Shown: piece after piece, positions 1-13,711 of the stretch
How positions within the stretch are numbered: the first letter of the stretch is position 1
How the letters are laid out: every line of letters starts with the position of its first letter
From: Camelus ferus
Taxonomy: Eukaryota
DNA: 64,000 nt
Direction of reading: 5' to 3'
NCBI RefSeq assembly: GCF_009834535.1
Contig: NC_045697.1
Span: 64,978,001-65,042,000, forward strand
The notes under the pieces: model-generated
The model's input: only the letters and a program-made list of their open reading frames with translations
The model's database searches: none
Told to the model about the DNA's origin: nothing
Translations under genes and position numbers: made by a program

Positions 1-46
1 TGCTTCAGAACCACTTATTTGACACACCACTTCCTATACTTTAAGA

Positions 47-110
47 ATTTCAACCTAGATATTTTGACATTTCAACCTAGATATTTTGATATTTCAACCT
101 AGATATTTTG
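47..110. repeat. 22-bp tandem repeat, about 2.9 copies
   Basis: atttcaacctagatattttga(c/t) at 47-68 and 69-90, partial copy at 91-110. Confidence 0.95.
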
Positions 111-831
111 GTTTCAGACATATCATCACATATATATGAAAATAAATCATAATTTTAACATCTTGTCTAATACCTAATTACTGTGTTTTAATTTTATGCA
201 GCATTTAGTGACAGTTATGCCTGATGAGCTATTAAAAATGTGTAAATCAAATAGGGTTATATCAAGAAGTACTGAAAAAAATGACAAGACAAATATGTCA
301 ACATTGCTATAAATATGGCTCTAGGATTGAATGCTTTTTGTATTAAAGTCAGTCAGGATTTCCCCTTGTGATGTCTTCCCAGTATTATCATGAATGTGCA
401 GGAATTAAAGGCACCAGTACCAGGAACTTGGGATTAATTTGCATATATATGTTCCATAAGAGAGCTTTGGAGATAATTTCTTAGATTGACAGGCTTCCTT
501 TGAAATATGAGTTTGTTTTCAGAGATCCTTCCCTCTTAAAATTTGCATTCATCAGAAACTACTCTAAATCCTTCTTCCTTTATGAACCCAGATTCATCAA
601 CTACTTTATACAATATTGCAGTACTCACTGTTGAACTGTTAATTGAGTATATAGGATTGCTGTTCCTACTTGATAGGTATAGGACTGCAAAGTAACTGTT
701 TTCCTTTTTTGTACTTGCTCTGCGACTAGGGCATAGGGTTACAAAGTCAGCAAGGAATATGCATTTTGTATGAAACTTACATGACCATGAGTTAACTGAG
801 ATAGAAATTAAAATGTACATTTAAAAAATAA

Positions 832-1240
832 TTTATGAGTGTTTTCTGGGGCTATCAAAGCAAAATATACACACTGGGGGGGCTTAAGTAACAGATACTT
901 ATTTTTTACCATTTTGAGTGTTTTGAGACCAAGATCAATGTCATCAGTCTTGTTGTCTTCTGACTTCTGACTTTCATGGCCTCTCTCCTTGGCTTGCAGA
1001 TGGCCACCTTCTTGCTGTGGCCTCAAATGTCTTTTTCTCTGTAAATATGTATCCCTGATGTCTCTTTGTGTCCAAATTCCTTCTTAGAACACCAGTCAAA
1101 TTGAATCAGGATCCACCCTAACAAGCCGTTTTAACTTACCTCTTTGACGGCCCTATTGCCAGCTACAGTCACATTCTGAAGTATTGGAAATTAGGGCTTC
1201 AATGTATGAATTCTAAGTGAACACAATTCAGCCTATAACA
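832..1240 (-). mobile_element. MaLR solo LTR, MLT1A/B-like
   Basis: Typical MLT1 segments: ccttggcttgcagatggccaccttc, cagtcacattctgaagtattgg, and terminal acacaattcagcctataaca. Confidence 0.8.
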
Positions 1241-1249
1241 ATGAGGAAG

Positions 1250-1470
1250 ACGTTTCCCAACAGACTAGGTCACATTCTTCTGTTATATGCGCTTAAGTAA
1301 CCTCTAATTCTCTGTATCATTTAGCACAATTGTATTTAAACAATTATCCACTCAGCTTTTTAATACCTATTATGCTTAAATAAACATATTTTCTTTCACT
1401 CTATCCTTAACACCTTGCATAATCTTTGCACATAGTAAGACTTTAGTAAATAATATATTTGAATGAACAA
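1250..1470 (+). mobile_element. Decayed L2 3' fragment
   Basis: gcacatagtaagactttagtaaataatatatttgaatgaa resembles the L2 3' terminus. Confidence 0.45.
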
Positions 1471-2414
1471 TTTGCTATAATTAATATAATTTTATTTGCA
1501 TTCTATCTTTAACAATTTCTTCTCATATACCAAATTATATGATCTTCAGATATGACTCTAATTAGGTAATACCAATACCCTATTTTATATATCAAGAAAG
1601 AAAACTAATATTTGGTAATTTAACTTGAGTAAGTCAGCTAAGGATACCTGTGGATTTTTGAACCTGAGTTTCTGATCCCTAATACCATTTTTCTAAAATA
1701 GAATTTAAAAATTCTACAGTTGTACTAAACAGGGAGCTGACATAGCAAAGTAAATGTCAGCAACAAAGAAAATAACATAAATAATATTTAAAATAACATA
1801 AAACAAATTAACACAAAATTTTTTAAAAGGAAGAAAGAAACACAGGTAACATACCTAGTGAAAGCAACCTGAGAAAGTACCTGCAGGATGAGAAATAATA
1901 ATGTTGGAGCAAGGAAGTAAAGTTATAAATGAATCAATGTTGTGAATTTATCCAAGATGCTAAAATAACAGTGTAAGCAAGTAGCTCATATATCAGTGAA
2001 ACTCATATATCAATGAATAGGGCATATCAATTGAGGGAGAAGTTTACTTTGCATAGATATGGTTTAGAACAACAACAAAGTATTTTTATATTGCTGCCCT
2101 TTACAGACTGTTAGAATTAGTATCATAATAACTTGATACTTGTAAGCATTCATAAACAAAGTATTAAGTGTAATGGGAAGACTATTACCCTCAATATGTA
2201 ACAGGGGAGGTAAAAGTCTAGAAAGGCATGAAGCCAGACAGCAAGTTCTGGTACACTGGACTGTCAGGATTCAGAGGTGATGTTTAGGTCACTCTTGGCC
2301 AGATGTAGACACAAATTGTTTCCCAAATGTTTCCTATATAATAGCATGATGGTCAAAGTCCTAGATTGAAGTCTTAAAACACAGAAAAAATGATTTATAT
2401 CTGAATAATGGCCC

Positions 2415-2500
2415 CACTTTTTATTAACTGTAACTTTGCTTGATTACTTAACCTCTCTTAGATTCAGTTTTCTCATCTGGTAACAGTGATAACCAGTGCC
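2415..2500 (+). mobile_element. MIR SINE fragment
   Basis: Core-like ttacttaacctctcttagattcagttttctcatctggtaa. Confidence 0.6.
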
Positions 2501-3199
2501 TACCTTGAATGGTTGTTGCATTGGTTAGAATACATACAAAATTGTATGCACATAAAATTCCTAGCTATCTCCTGATTTATTATTATTACACAAAAGGGAA
2601 AATACAAGCTTTTTTCACTAATGCATATTATCCATAGATGCATTACAGTGTTGTACTTCATGCAACATGTCGTCTCTAAGAAATACTGAACCAAGTGAGG
2701 CACATGAGTGAGCTCCTGAGAAATACATCCAATACATACTGTCGCATTCAAGTGCTAGAAGTATTTCCCAATGCATCATCTCCTTGTCAGTTATTTATCC
2801 TGTGAATCACTTCTAGACTTGTAATGCATCTTGTATTAAAAGTTTAACATATGTTCATAATGTTATGCTAAGTTTATTGCATATTAACCATATGGATAAA
2901 TTTTTTTATTTCTTTATGCAACTAATTGATTTGTACAGTAATCTGAGCAAAACATTTCTGCTTCTGTCTTCAATTCTTGAAATCCAAATTTGGTTTAAAA
3001 ATTGCATATGAATAATTAAAACCTCTATTTTGGCACTTAAATTTTTGTTTTCTTTTAAAACATATTGTTCTGTTTTCAAATCAATTTCTTCACTTAAACT
3101 GCATACCTTGACCATATTTACACATGAATATTCATTTATAAAATAATTTAATTGAAAAAAGTATAAGCATATGGTAAATTTAGTGCATAAATTTTATAG

Positions 3200-3440
3200 G
3201 CTAACTTACAGAGCTTAAATAAGTGTCAAACACTTTTCTGTTACCTTACATGTATTAACTCATGTAATCTTCAAAACAACCAAAAAAAGGCAGATTTTTT
3301 TATTATCATCATTAGATAGATTAGGAAGCTGAGACTGAAGAAAATTAAACAACAATCTCTAGGTAACAAAGGTAGTAAGGAACATAGCCAAGTTTTAAAC
3401 CTGGGTAATCTTTCTCCATTGTCCATGTCCAAAAAGTTAT
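3200..3440 (-). mobile_element. MIR SINE
   Basis: attaactcatgtaatcttcaaaacaacc ... attagatagattaggaagctgagact, antisense MIR core. Confidence 0.65.
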
Positions 3441-3477
3441 GCAGTGGATATCATCTTGTTCCTTTTAGTCCCTTAAT

Positions 3478-3480
<3 letters not shown>

Positions 3481-3517
<37 letters not shown>
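3481..3517. repeat. (CA)n(TA)n microsatellite
   Basis: Direct reading. Confidence 0.95.
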
Positions 3518-3639
3518 AAATTTTAGTAATTTTATGCTATCAAATATGCCAGTGTTTTCATTGTAGTTTCTGTTTTACTTGTCTTGTCCCAAGGTTACAA
3601 TTCTCCTGTTTTTCTTTTAATCATTTTATGATTGTGCTT

Positions 3640-3990
3640 TTTAAAAAACATAGACTTCATTTGTCAGACTAGTTTTAGGTTCACAGCAAAATTGAAAAGA
3701 AAGTGCAGAGAGTTCCCATAGACACCCTTCCCTCATTCAGCTACAGCCTCCCCCACTATCAACAGTCCCTGCCAGAGTGGTACATTGTGACAGTTAATGA
3801 ACCTACCTTGAAACATCACACCAAACCCATATTTTACAATAGGGTTCAAATTTGGTTTTGTACACTTTAGCAGTTTTGAGAAAGGTATAATCACATGTAT
3901 TTATCACATAGTGTATCATGCAGAGTTGTTTGTCACTGTCCTAAAAAATCTGTGCTCTGTCCATTTATCCCTCTTTCTCCCCTAACACTT
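3640..3990 (-). mobile_element. L1MC1-like LINE-1 3' end
   Basis: ttttaggttcacagcaaaattgaaaagaaagtgcagagagttcccata; reverse-complement similarity to the L1 3' end at about 11180-11520 in this window. Confidence 0.8.
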
Positions 3991-4129
3991 TCCTAGCTGT
4001 GTTTTATATTATAATATCTTTACTCTTACATGGGATGGTATCATAGTCACTGTTGTTGCCAGAAAATCCAAAGATATTCCATTAGATGAACAGTCCATTG
4101 CAACAGTATCATTTATTATGTAATTAATC

Positions 4130-6680
4130 CTGACGTATACTGAATCTACTTGTGAGCACCTATTTATTCTCTTTCCTGTCTCTATTTTTTTTTTAATTCT
4201 CCTGAGAATGCAATACTGTTTTGGTTGTAGTAGCTTTATAGTAAGTTTTCAAATAAAGTAGAGAAAATGGCTCTATAGTATTCTCCCTTTGGGAAAACAA
4301 CTTCAAAATTCTTTCCCATTTCTATTGATAAAATTAACTTTGAAATACTATTCTAATCTCATCACACACGTAAATTCACGTACAAACTCATTGATACTTT
4401 GTTTGGAATTGGTTTAAAATTAAACATCACTTTTGGAGCATTGGCATTTAGAATTTTTGCTCTGATATTTTGGATATTGCCACAAACATGAATGAGATTT
4501 AATTCTGATTTTCATTTTTAATGCATATATAATAAAATACATATATATCGTATGCATAGGTTTACACACACATATACTATATTCATACAAATGCTATATT
4601 CCTGTTTTTCTATGTAAGTATCTTTGTTTTGGATGAGGGATTTGAATGTTAGTGGTGTATATCGTGTCATCAGAAAATTAAAGGTAATTTTTCTTCTTTT
4701 CAATATTTATACTGCTTGTTTTCTTGAGTTGTTGGATTTGATAGAATTTCCCAGAGTTTTAAACAGTAAATCAAGTCCTAGCATTCCTGTTTTTGTCATG
4801 ATTTTTTTTTTTGACAATGCTTTTAACATTTTGGAATTTAACATGAGTTTATGTAAAAAAAAAGTTTAAAAAATCATATATAACTATTTCTGTTAATTTT
4901 TAAAATCTGTTTTACTTAGAACTTATTAAAATTATGACTAGCTGTTGAATTTTATCTAATATAAAACATATTTTACAAGTACAGATTTTCATCCTTAAAA
5001 TTATTGCTGCATGAAAATATATTCAGGAAATTCTTAATACTGAACAATGCTTGTGTTTGGGGCTTAAATCTGTTTGGCTGTGTTGCATTATTCTACTGCA
5101 CTTCTGGGATGGACTTGTAGTATTTTATTCAGAAGTTTTTCATCTACATTAATATATGACCACAGCCTATAAATGTTTTTTTTCCTATTTTATTTGATGT
5201 TATTAGGGCTTTAAAATAATTTAGGAATCTTTTCATCTCTTTAAAAATATTTTGAGTAAGTTTGACTATCATGAGGCTCACCTGTTCCTTAAACATTGGT
5301 TAGGACTCTGCTATGAAACCAGAGTAATTTTGGCTCTATGCTGTTGATAGATTTTTTTCCTTGTTGTTCACTTTTCCATAGTTTATAACTTCCATTTTGT
5401 TTTACTCCTTGATCTGCTGGTTATTTAGAGGCATAATTATTAAATTCCAAGAGGCTTTTAAGTATTTTTACTTTGTTACATGATCAAAGAATTTAACTGA
5501 AAATAAATAAATTTTGGAATTATTTAAAGTGTGTGTGGTCAAATATGCAGTTCTTTTTCTAAATATTTAGTGGTCATGAAAGCCATAAGATTCCAAATAT
5601 AGCAATTAAAAGATGTTGTTAATTATTACTAAAATTATATAATTTTACTTTTTATTTAAAAAACTGAAATGATGTATTCAGGCAATTATTTTGGCTCTGT
5701 CACAATCTCATATCGGGGTATTTTCATCTCAAGTTTTTCATCATTATGTTTGATATACAACAATAATGATTTTTATATTCTTTCAGAATTATATCTTTTA
5801 TTATTGCAAACTATTTATTTATTTGTTTGTTTGTTTGTTTTTGACTCTGGGCTTATATACTAAGTTACCTAACACTTTACCTCTCTTTCTGCTCTCTTTC
5901 ATACTTCTTTATCTTAAATTGGCCTTATATCATCATCATCCTTTTATTTTCATTCTATGATTTGTGTTTTGTGTACGATTTTATAAATAGCCACTGGCTA
6001 GATTTTGACTTTGCATCTTTATTTTTAATGGGGTTACTTATAGCATTTATATTTATTGAAAAATAATATTTTGCTGTTATTCCTTTCATTATGCTTTCTT
6101 GATAAAGAAAAAATTGCCATTTTCTTTTACTTAATTTTGTTGTTTCATCAACTTCATTTTAATGACTTTCATTCTAACAGTTATGTTTAAATCTAGATTT
6201 CTGTACTGAAATATAAAAGTGAAAAAATTCACTGTGCCCCTTGCCAAGGTATTTGAAATGCTCATTTCCCTCATCAAGATAGAAAGTTTAGATGCTTCAA
6301 TCCTAACTCTCTTTCTTCTCCTACTTCTGAATTCTGTTAAATAGTTTTAAAGTATGGCTTCAAACTATTAATAAGTCTTCCTAGAATAATGTAAGATATA
6401 TTTACTATATTTTATAAATTCCTTACTTAGTATGTATATTACAGATCTCAGTGACATTCTCATCAATTTATATTTAACTAGGGATTATATAAAATGTATC
6501 ACTTACTGCTCTTATGGTATTCATCATCTTTCATTATCTTAACCTAATTTTTGTGTATGGAAAATAATACTGCATTATTTATCTTAAATATTGTTAGGGA
6601 TGGTATATTTTATGTATTCATTGCATGTGAAAACATGTCTTTTTCCCTTTCATGAAAGTGATATTTTGGCTAGTGTGCTG
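4130..6680 (-). mobile_element. Highly decayed ancient L1M fragments
   Basis: T-rich strand with L1 ORF2-antisense remnants such as tactgttttggttgtagtagctttatagtaagt, ttgtttggaattgg and tgttgaattttatc. Confidence 0.5.
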
Positions 6681-6699
6681 AATAACTTTCATTTTACTT

Positions 6700-7045
6700 T
6701 ATGAATACTCCGACACCTCTTTCTTCTTTGCTCTGTGCCCTGGAAAGGTGTACTATATGGACTACAACAATAGGATTTTGCTCTTTGGCATCCTGAATAT
6801 TTTGCCAAGGGAAGAACATGAAATGGGGATATTTTTTCTCTTAGCTTTTTCTCTGTGGATCACTGTCACTTGGCTGTCTTTTGACTGGAGATTATAACAT
6901 CCATTGTGAGGCCCTCTCTACACAGTTGTTTCTTCTAGATTCTAGGAACTACTCTCTCCCATCAGTCCTTCAGACCTAAGAGGTAACCATTTCCTGGGGT
7001 ACTGAACTATGTTTTGTGGTTTTTCTTACATCTGCCCACTCATTT
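6700..7045 (+). mobile_element. ERVL LTR, LTR33-like
   Basis: ttgctctgtgccctggaaagg ... gtccttcagacctaagaggtaacc resembles the recalled LTR33 consensus. Confidence 0.55.
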
Positions 7046-7074
7046 TTTTTTTTTTACCAGTTTAATAAGAGCTA

Positions 7075-7225
7075 TTTTTTAACACCTTTATTGTGGTAAG
7101 ATTCCTGTACAGTAAACTACACATGTTTCAGATGTACAATTTGATGAATTTTGATAGATTTATATATACACCAATGAAACTACTACCACAATCAAGATAA
7201 CTAACATTTTCAACACTTTCCACAG
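7075..7225 (-). mobile_element. L1MB/ME-type 3' end fragment
   Basis: ctttattgtggtaag ... gtacaatttgatgaattttga ... accacaatcaagata. Confidence 0.65.
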
Positions 7226-8814
7226 AGATTCCTGACAGCTCTGAAGTCTACTCATTGTGCTCAATCCAACTTTATTTTATCTTGTCTCAAAATCTACCTC
7301 TGTGTTGAAGTATAGGGGAGAGGAAAACAGGTCATGTTCTGGTATTTCTAGGTCGAGATGTGGAGGGGCAGCTTTAGCCTGGGCATCATAATTCCTCCCT
7401 AGTGTTACAAAAGCAGAGTAGGGGAGCAATCATAATATGCTGAAGGTGTTCATCTGTGTTGTATGCCTGGTTGTTGGCCCCTCCTTTTGGTCACCATGAG
7501 ATTGAAGGTCTTCTTCACCTTGGACTCTGCTGGAGTGTCAACCCTCCTTGTAGTGTTTCCCATAGTGCCTGTTTCTGTTCTCTCTTCCTGAAGCTTTTAA
7601 GTCTCCATTGTGTCCAGAATCTTCTCTAGGTTTCAAGAGTAGTCCATGGTTAGCAGAGACAAACAGTCAGAATATGACCCTGTAACCCCACAGTAATTAG
7701 TTCCCATATACATATTTGATGACAGAGAAAAAACTAGTGCTTTCTAACAGCAGGGCAAGCTGATATCACAAGATGTGATGTATGGACAAATAAAGAGGCT
7801 AGGTGCCTTCTTCATCGCATTATCTGTTTGTAGGGATATCGCCCTGGTGCTAACTCTGTCATCACTGGGCTCCTTTAGTCTGGTGGGGGCACATTAGAAA
7901 TAGGGCCTCAGAACAGTTCTGACTCAGTAGGAGTGGTGCTGTTGCTGCACGTTTGTATTGCATTAATATGCAGACACTTTACCTGAATCTGAAAGAGATC
8001 TTACAGAGAATATAGTTCAAGTAAGAAAACTAAGACTTCTCCCACAGATCAAAGAGGTCAGATAGAATAATGTACTGCTGGCTACCTGTTTTGAAGGTAA
8101 TATTTGTTAACAAAGTAATAAAAGGATCTTTTGTAGAGACTTTGTATTCTTCTGGCTTGAAAGAGCCTCTGAATTGTTGGTGTTGATTCCTCTTAATATA
8201 ATGGCATTTTCCCCTACAGAAATTAAGGGAGGTAAAAACAAAGCAACAAATTGATGGTGGTTAACTAAAGCTGGCATTCTATCTCTGTTTTTGTAGTGAG
8301 AATTCCAATTTGGGGGAACTCGGTATCACTTTGTAACCAAAATAATATGATGAAATTCAAGAATTTTCCTGGAGTGCCTGCTAGATATTATGCATATTTG
8401 TTATGACATCACAGAGCTTCAATGCATCTATAAATAAAGGCCTAATAATAAATATAGATATAATGGTAAACATAGAAAAGATAGGGAAGGAAATGTATTA
8501 TTTTGATACCATTTTTATTTTATCTTTTCCTAATAGTTGATACTCTTCCTAATAGTAAATAACTCATATAGTATAAGAAAAATTTGTATCTCCAGTACTT
8601 CAGATATCTTTTCCACCTACCCCTGTCCTTCCTTCCATAATGACCTTTCCTCTATGTCTGTGTCATGTTAAATTCAGTGAAAAGACATCCAGAGCATTTT
8701 GTTTTTTACTTCCATTTGGAACACAGTCACATGTGTTAGACTTGTTAAGTCGGCATATATGAAAACATTTTTATTCTATCTTATGTGAAAAGATATATAG
8801 CAATACTATCTTAG

Positions 8815-9283
8815 TGTCTTCATTTCTTAGGGCTGTTTTAACAAAGTAACATAGCGAGGTGGATTAAACAACTGAAATTATTCTCTGTCAATTCTGGAGG
8901 CAAGAAGTATGAAATACATGTCTACTCCTTTTAAGCCTCTCGGGATGGATTCTCCTTTTCCTTTTCCAGCTTCTGGTAGCCCCAGGCATTGCTTGGCTTG
9001 TGGCAGCATCACTCCAGTCTCTGCCTTTGTCTGCACAGGACTGACTTCCTGGTGTCCATGTCTTCACATAGTGTACTCCTCCTTGTGTGTGTTCACATTT
9101 AAATTTACCTCTTCTTATAAGGACACCAATCAAATTTGATTAGGACCCTCCCTAATGACCTCATCCTGACTTGATAACATCTGCAAAGATCTTGTTTCCA
9201 AAAAGGCTACAGTCCTAACCCTAGCCCTAACATAGACACAAGGACAACATACCTTTTTGGTGGACACAATTCAACTCATAATA
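8815..9283 (-). mobile_element. MaLR solo LTR, MLT1C-like
   Basis: ccagcttctggtagccccaggcattgcttggcttgtggcagcatcactccagtctctgcc; cttataaggacacc; terminal acacaattcaactcataata. Confidence 0.85.
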
Positions 9284-10059
9284 CTTAGCTTATCTAGTTT
9301 TTTTGTTGACAGATAATTTTATTATGCTATGCAAGTAAGTAAATCATATAGCAAAATAGTCTGTTCTATTTTTATATAACATATTTTTTCAGAATGGCTT
9401 TGGTTTAGAGATAAACAATTTTTGCATATGCACAAACAGTTCTAGTTTTAAGATTTAAAATTATAACAGATACTAATACCAGCGATTTATGAGCTGAATG
9501 CTAAATTGTTTATATAATGTTTAAAAGAAAAAAGCTGCAGAGGCTGTTGTGGTCTAGTTTGGTTATAAAAGAAAATAAAAATTTAAGTTATTAAATGATT
9601 CTGCATACTCAGTCTACAATAATAAGGAAGTTTAGGATATAAATATTAATATAATTTTCTTTTGTGTAGGAAATTATTTCCTTAGTTAGTATTCTCATGT
9701 AAGACTTCTTAAATTTGTATTCTCTAGTCATGACTAAAATGAGAATTGGAAAACTGAAAGCTCAAAAGTTCCAACTATCATGTAACTTAATACATCAGAA
9801 TTCCTTTGTGAGTTGGCAAATGCAACAGCATTTGGGAAAGTCAAGTACTTACAGTTTATTCATAAGTGTCCTAGTTGAAGTCTATTTTATAAATAGGCTA
9901 GAACCTAAATTTAATAACTTAATTTAGTAACACTTTTGGTACTATTGTTGCTAGGTTAGCAGTTAACATTTAAAATGAAAAAATGATTGGAATAATAATT
10001 TACATTACTCAGCTTTATTTGGTCATTTGTTCTTGCCTCAACTCTATTACTAACACTAA

Positions 10060-10270
10060 TATTAGCTAATGTTTCTTCTGATTTTATTGTGTGCCAAAGC
10101 TATTCTAAGCTTTACATATATTAACTCATTTACTCTCCAAATAAGTCTATGAGATATGTACTATTATTATCTTTATTGTACATATGATAAAACTGAGAAA
10201 CAGAGATGCTAATAAATTTATGTTTATACAACATATTAGTACTGGAGTACACTCTTTTAAAACTATGCTA
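10060..10270 (-). mobile_element. MIR SINE
   Basis: tacatatattaactcatttactctcc ... actattattatc ... atgataaaactgag. Confidence 0.65.
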
Positions 10271-10419
10271 TACCTCTTTTACCAGATTACTATGTGACTT
10301 TGGGAAGTTTTTTTTTTTTTTTTTAACTTCTCTTGACCTTATCTTATTTGTTTATACAAAAATAAAATAAAACAGAATAATAAATAAACAAGGAATGGAA
10401 TAAATTGACATTTCTTATT

Positions 10420-10635
10420 TTTTTCTGAGACCAAAGGTTCTCTTTTAGATGTTAATAGAAATTCTTAAAAAAAATGAACTCTGATCAAATACATTTGGGA
10501 AATCCAGACATCCTTCTCTCAGAGATTCTCAGTGTACATTAACATTGGATCTTAGAATTTCTGCAGCAAAAATATTTATTGCATTTCAAGTAGCTTTCAC
10601 AGATGAATTTGACCACATCTTTTTTCAAGGAATGC
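10420..10635. mobile_element. hAT-Charlie element (Charlie4-like), left part
   Basis: gatgttaatag ... tgatcaaatacatttgggaaa ... atttgaccac; appears to continue at 11526-11620 (cagtttgggaaattctg). Confidence 0.45.
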
Positions 10636-10639
10636 CATA

Positions 10640-11526
10640 GTACGATACACCTATTAGACTGGCCAAAATCCAGCACTCTGACAGCACCAAATGCTGGTAA
10701 GAATGTAGAGCAGTAAGAATTCTCATTCATTAATTGTAGGTATACAAAATAGTACAATCACTTTGAAAGACAGGTTGGCAGTTTCTTACAAAATTAAACA
10801 CACCTTACCATACAGTTCAGTAATCTAGCTCTTTGGTGCTTACCCAAAGAAGTTGAAAACTTATGTCCACACAATACCTACACTTGGATGTCTGTAGCAT
10901 CTTTATTCATAATTGCTAACACTTGGAAGCAACCAACATATCTTTCATAGGTGAGTGAGTAAGTAAACTGTGGCATATCCAGAAAATGGAATATATTTTA
11001 GCACTAAAAGGAAAAGAGTTTTCAAGTCATGAAAAGACATGGAGGTACCTTAAAAGCATATTACGAAGTGAAAGAAGCCAATCTGAAAATGTCACATACT
11101 ACATGATTCCAACTATATGACGTTCTGGAAAAGGGAAAACTAGAGAGAGAGTAAAAAGATCATTGGTTGCCATGGGTTGTAGGGGAAGATGGATGAATAG
11201 GCAGAGCACAGAGGATTTTTAGGGCAGTGAAAATAGTCTGTATGATACTATAATGGTAGATAAGTGTTACTACACATTTGCTCGAACTCATTTAATGTAC
11301 TACACCAAGAGTGAACCCTAATGTAAACTGTGGACTTTGGGAGATTATGATGTATCCCTGTAGATTCATCAATTGTAACAAATGTTCTACTCTCGTGGGG
11401 GATACTGATAATGGGGGAGGCCATGCACGTGTGCAGTCAGGGGATATATGGGAAGTTTTTGTATCATCTGCTCAATTTTGCTGTGAACTTAAAACTGCTC
11501 TAGAAGTAAGGTCTATTTAAAAAAAT
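10640..11526 (+). mobile_element. L1MC1-like LINE-1, 3' about 0.9 kb
   Basis: ORF2 C-terminal remnants (ccaaatgctggtaag, ttggaagcaacc) and 3'UTR (gtgaaccctaatgtaaactgtggactttgg ... aattttgctgtgaacttaaaactgctc), then an A-rich tail. Confidence 0.85.
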
Positions 11527-12315
11527 TATATATTCCTATGGTAGGAGTGAGGATAGGTAGTTGGGAGAAATACCTACTGATAAACTGTATTTTGAAGACA
11601 CAGTTTGGGAAATTCTGAATTTAGATCCTCTAAAGTTCTATTAGCCTGTAAAAATCCAGTTATCTGGTATTTTAAAGAAGGTAACGTCCTCTTATGGACA
11701 GCCTGTAGAGTTTATCCTTATATAATTTTACTTTTAGCTCTTTTCCCAACTTTTCAGATTCTTTTTTTCTTTTCAATTCTGAAAATTGTATTTGGGATTC
11801 TCTTTCTCTCTCTCCTTCTTACACACACATTTACAGAAGTCAAAACAAAGGATGTTGCCATCATCTTAAGAGAGTCCTATTCATTCTCTGTGAAACTAAA
11901 GGATGATTTGTTCAGCTTTTTATAAAATCTATCTTAAAAGAACTAGAAACCTTCCTTCTACATAAGGAATTTTTTAAAAAATATGCAAACATTGGAGACT
12001 TGCTGGTTATGTTGTTCTTATCTATATTAAAGGATTATATTAAGTGAAGCAATAATAAAATTATTTTCATCTGTTGCTCCCAACGTGACTTAGGTACTCT
12101 TCCTTCAAGACCATAGTACCTTATGCTGAGGTTTTTTCTAGTATGTATCTTGTTTTATAATTGCCATTTATTTGTCTGTCTCCATCATTAGGCTATATAT
12201 TTTCCTTTATACCAAGTAATATAATGATTATTATTTGGACAGCATTTTAAAATTAACAAAATAATTTTACTTAGAATGTTTTGCTTGATCTTCCAAAATT
12301 CTATATTTTGCAGAA

Positions 12316-12600
12316 TAAATACTAGGGATATAATGTACAATATGATTAATATAATTGACACTGCTGTATGTTATATATGAAAATTGTTTACAGTAAATCC
12401 TAAGAGTTCTCATCATGAAGAAAACATTTTTTCTTTTATTTTGTGTCTGTGTGAGATGATGGCTATTCACTAAATTTGTTGTGGTAATTATTTCATGATG
12501 TATGTATGTCAAATCATTATACTGTACACCTTAAATTTCAGAGTGCTATCTGTCAATTATACCGCAATAAAACTAGAGGAAAAATTTTTCAACAGAAGAA
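12316..12600 (+). mobile_element. 5'-truncated L1 3' end with TSD
   Basis: L1 3'UTR motifs (cctaagagttctcatca, tgtacaccttaaa, aataaa); flanked by identical ttctatattttgcagaa at 12299-12315 and 12604-12620. Confidence 0.85.
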
Positions 12601-13417
12601 AAGTTCTATATTTTGCAGAAAAGAAAACAAATATTTATGGAACATTAAATGACTAACTCAAATGAAGGAAGTCATTATTGTAACTGAAGTTGAAAAATGT
12701 TTAATACTTAGATAGGCAGAGAGTAAAGGCAGAATCATTTCAGGAAAGACAAACATGGGTAAAGGTCCAGAGATGAACATAACTATGACATATGTTGTGA
12801 GACATAAAGGAATGCAGTTGAATAGAATATGGAATTTCAAAGCAAAGTGTCAATTATGTATTATCTGTAGAACCAATCATCTTTTGTAGCTATAAGAATT
12901 CATTTTTCTTATTTTCAGGTTACATGATCACCTCCCAATATCTGTAATTTCCTTAAACGTTTAAGATCAGATTTACTTTCATTTCATTTGATCTGGAGGA
13001 AGCCAAACTGATATTATAAGTTTGGTCTACAATGGGATTTTCTTATCTAATTCCTTCTGCATTATCTGTATACTGTGCATACAGATGAACTGTTTCATTT
13101 GCTCATTTTCAGAGGACTTCAAAGGGAAAGAACGATTTGGGCAGCATAATGTTGATAAAAGTTGCTACCCATTTATACTTTTAGTATACTTTCTTTCAGT
13201 GATGAGTATCTTAAATGTGATATGCAAAATTCCAGAGTATCAAGTAAGTATCAGTATCAACACAAGTAAAAGAGAAAAATTAAATATGCAGAGGAGACAA
13301 ATAGTTGTATCTAGAATATTCCTCAGATTAAAATTTTATACAAATAATAACTATGACATTATGAAACAAAAAGAACATACTAGCAAAATAGGTCATGAGA
13401 CATGACAGTTTCTTTCT

Positions 13418-13421
<4 letters not shown>

Positions 13422-13458
<37 letters not shown>
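13422..13458. repeat. (CA)n microsatellite
   Basis: Direct reading. Confidence 0.95.
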
Positions 13459-13463
<5 letters not shown>

Positions 13464-13711
13464 TATTAAAAAACCTAAAAGTATAAATGAAAGGAGACAT
13501 TGATAAGATATACTGTAAATGAATGTACAAACAGAAGTAATAAGACAGAAAAAATAATCTGCATACATAGGGATTATATCATTACAACAAGTTCTCTTTT
13601 AAAGACAGTTTCTTGCTTTGTACTTTTATCTGAATATTTATATATTGCGTGTTCTGTGTGTGTGTTTGTCTTATTGTGGGGACAAAAGCTTAAAATGAAC
13701 TATCTTAAATA

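Noticed and set aside
13022..13405. 127-aa ORF and nearby acceptor-like sites (12918, 13112)
   Set aside because: Non-ATG start, AT-biased composition, no convincing donor pairing or homology.
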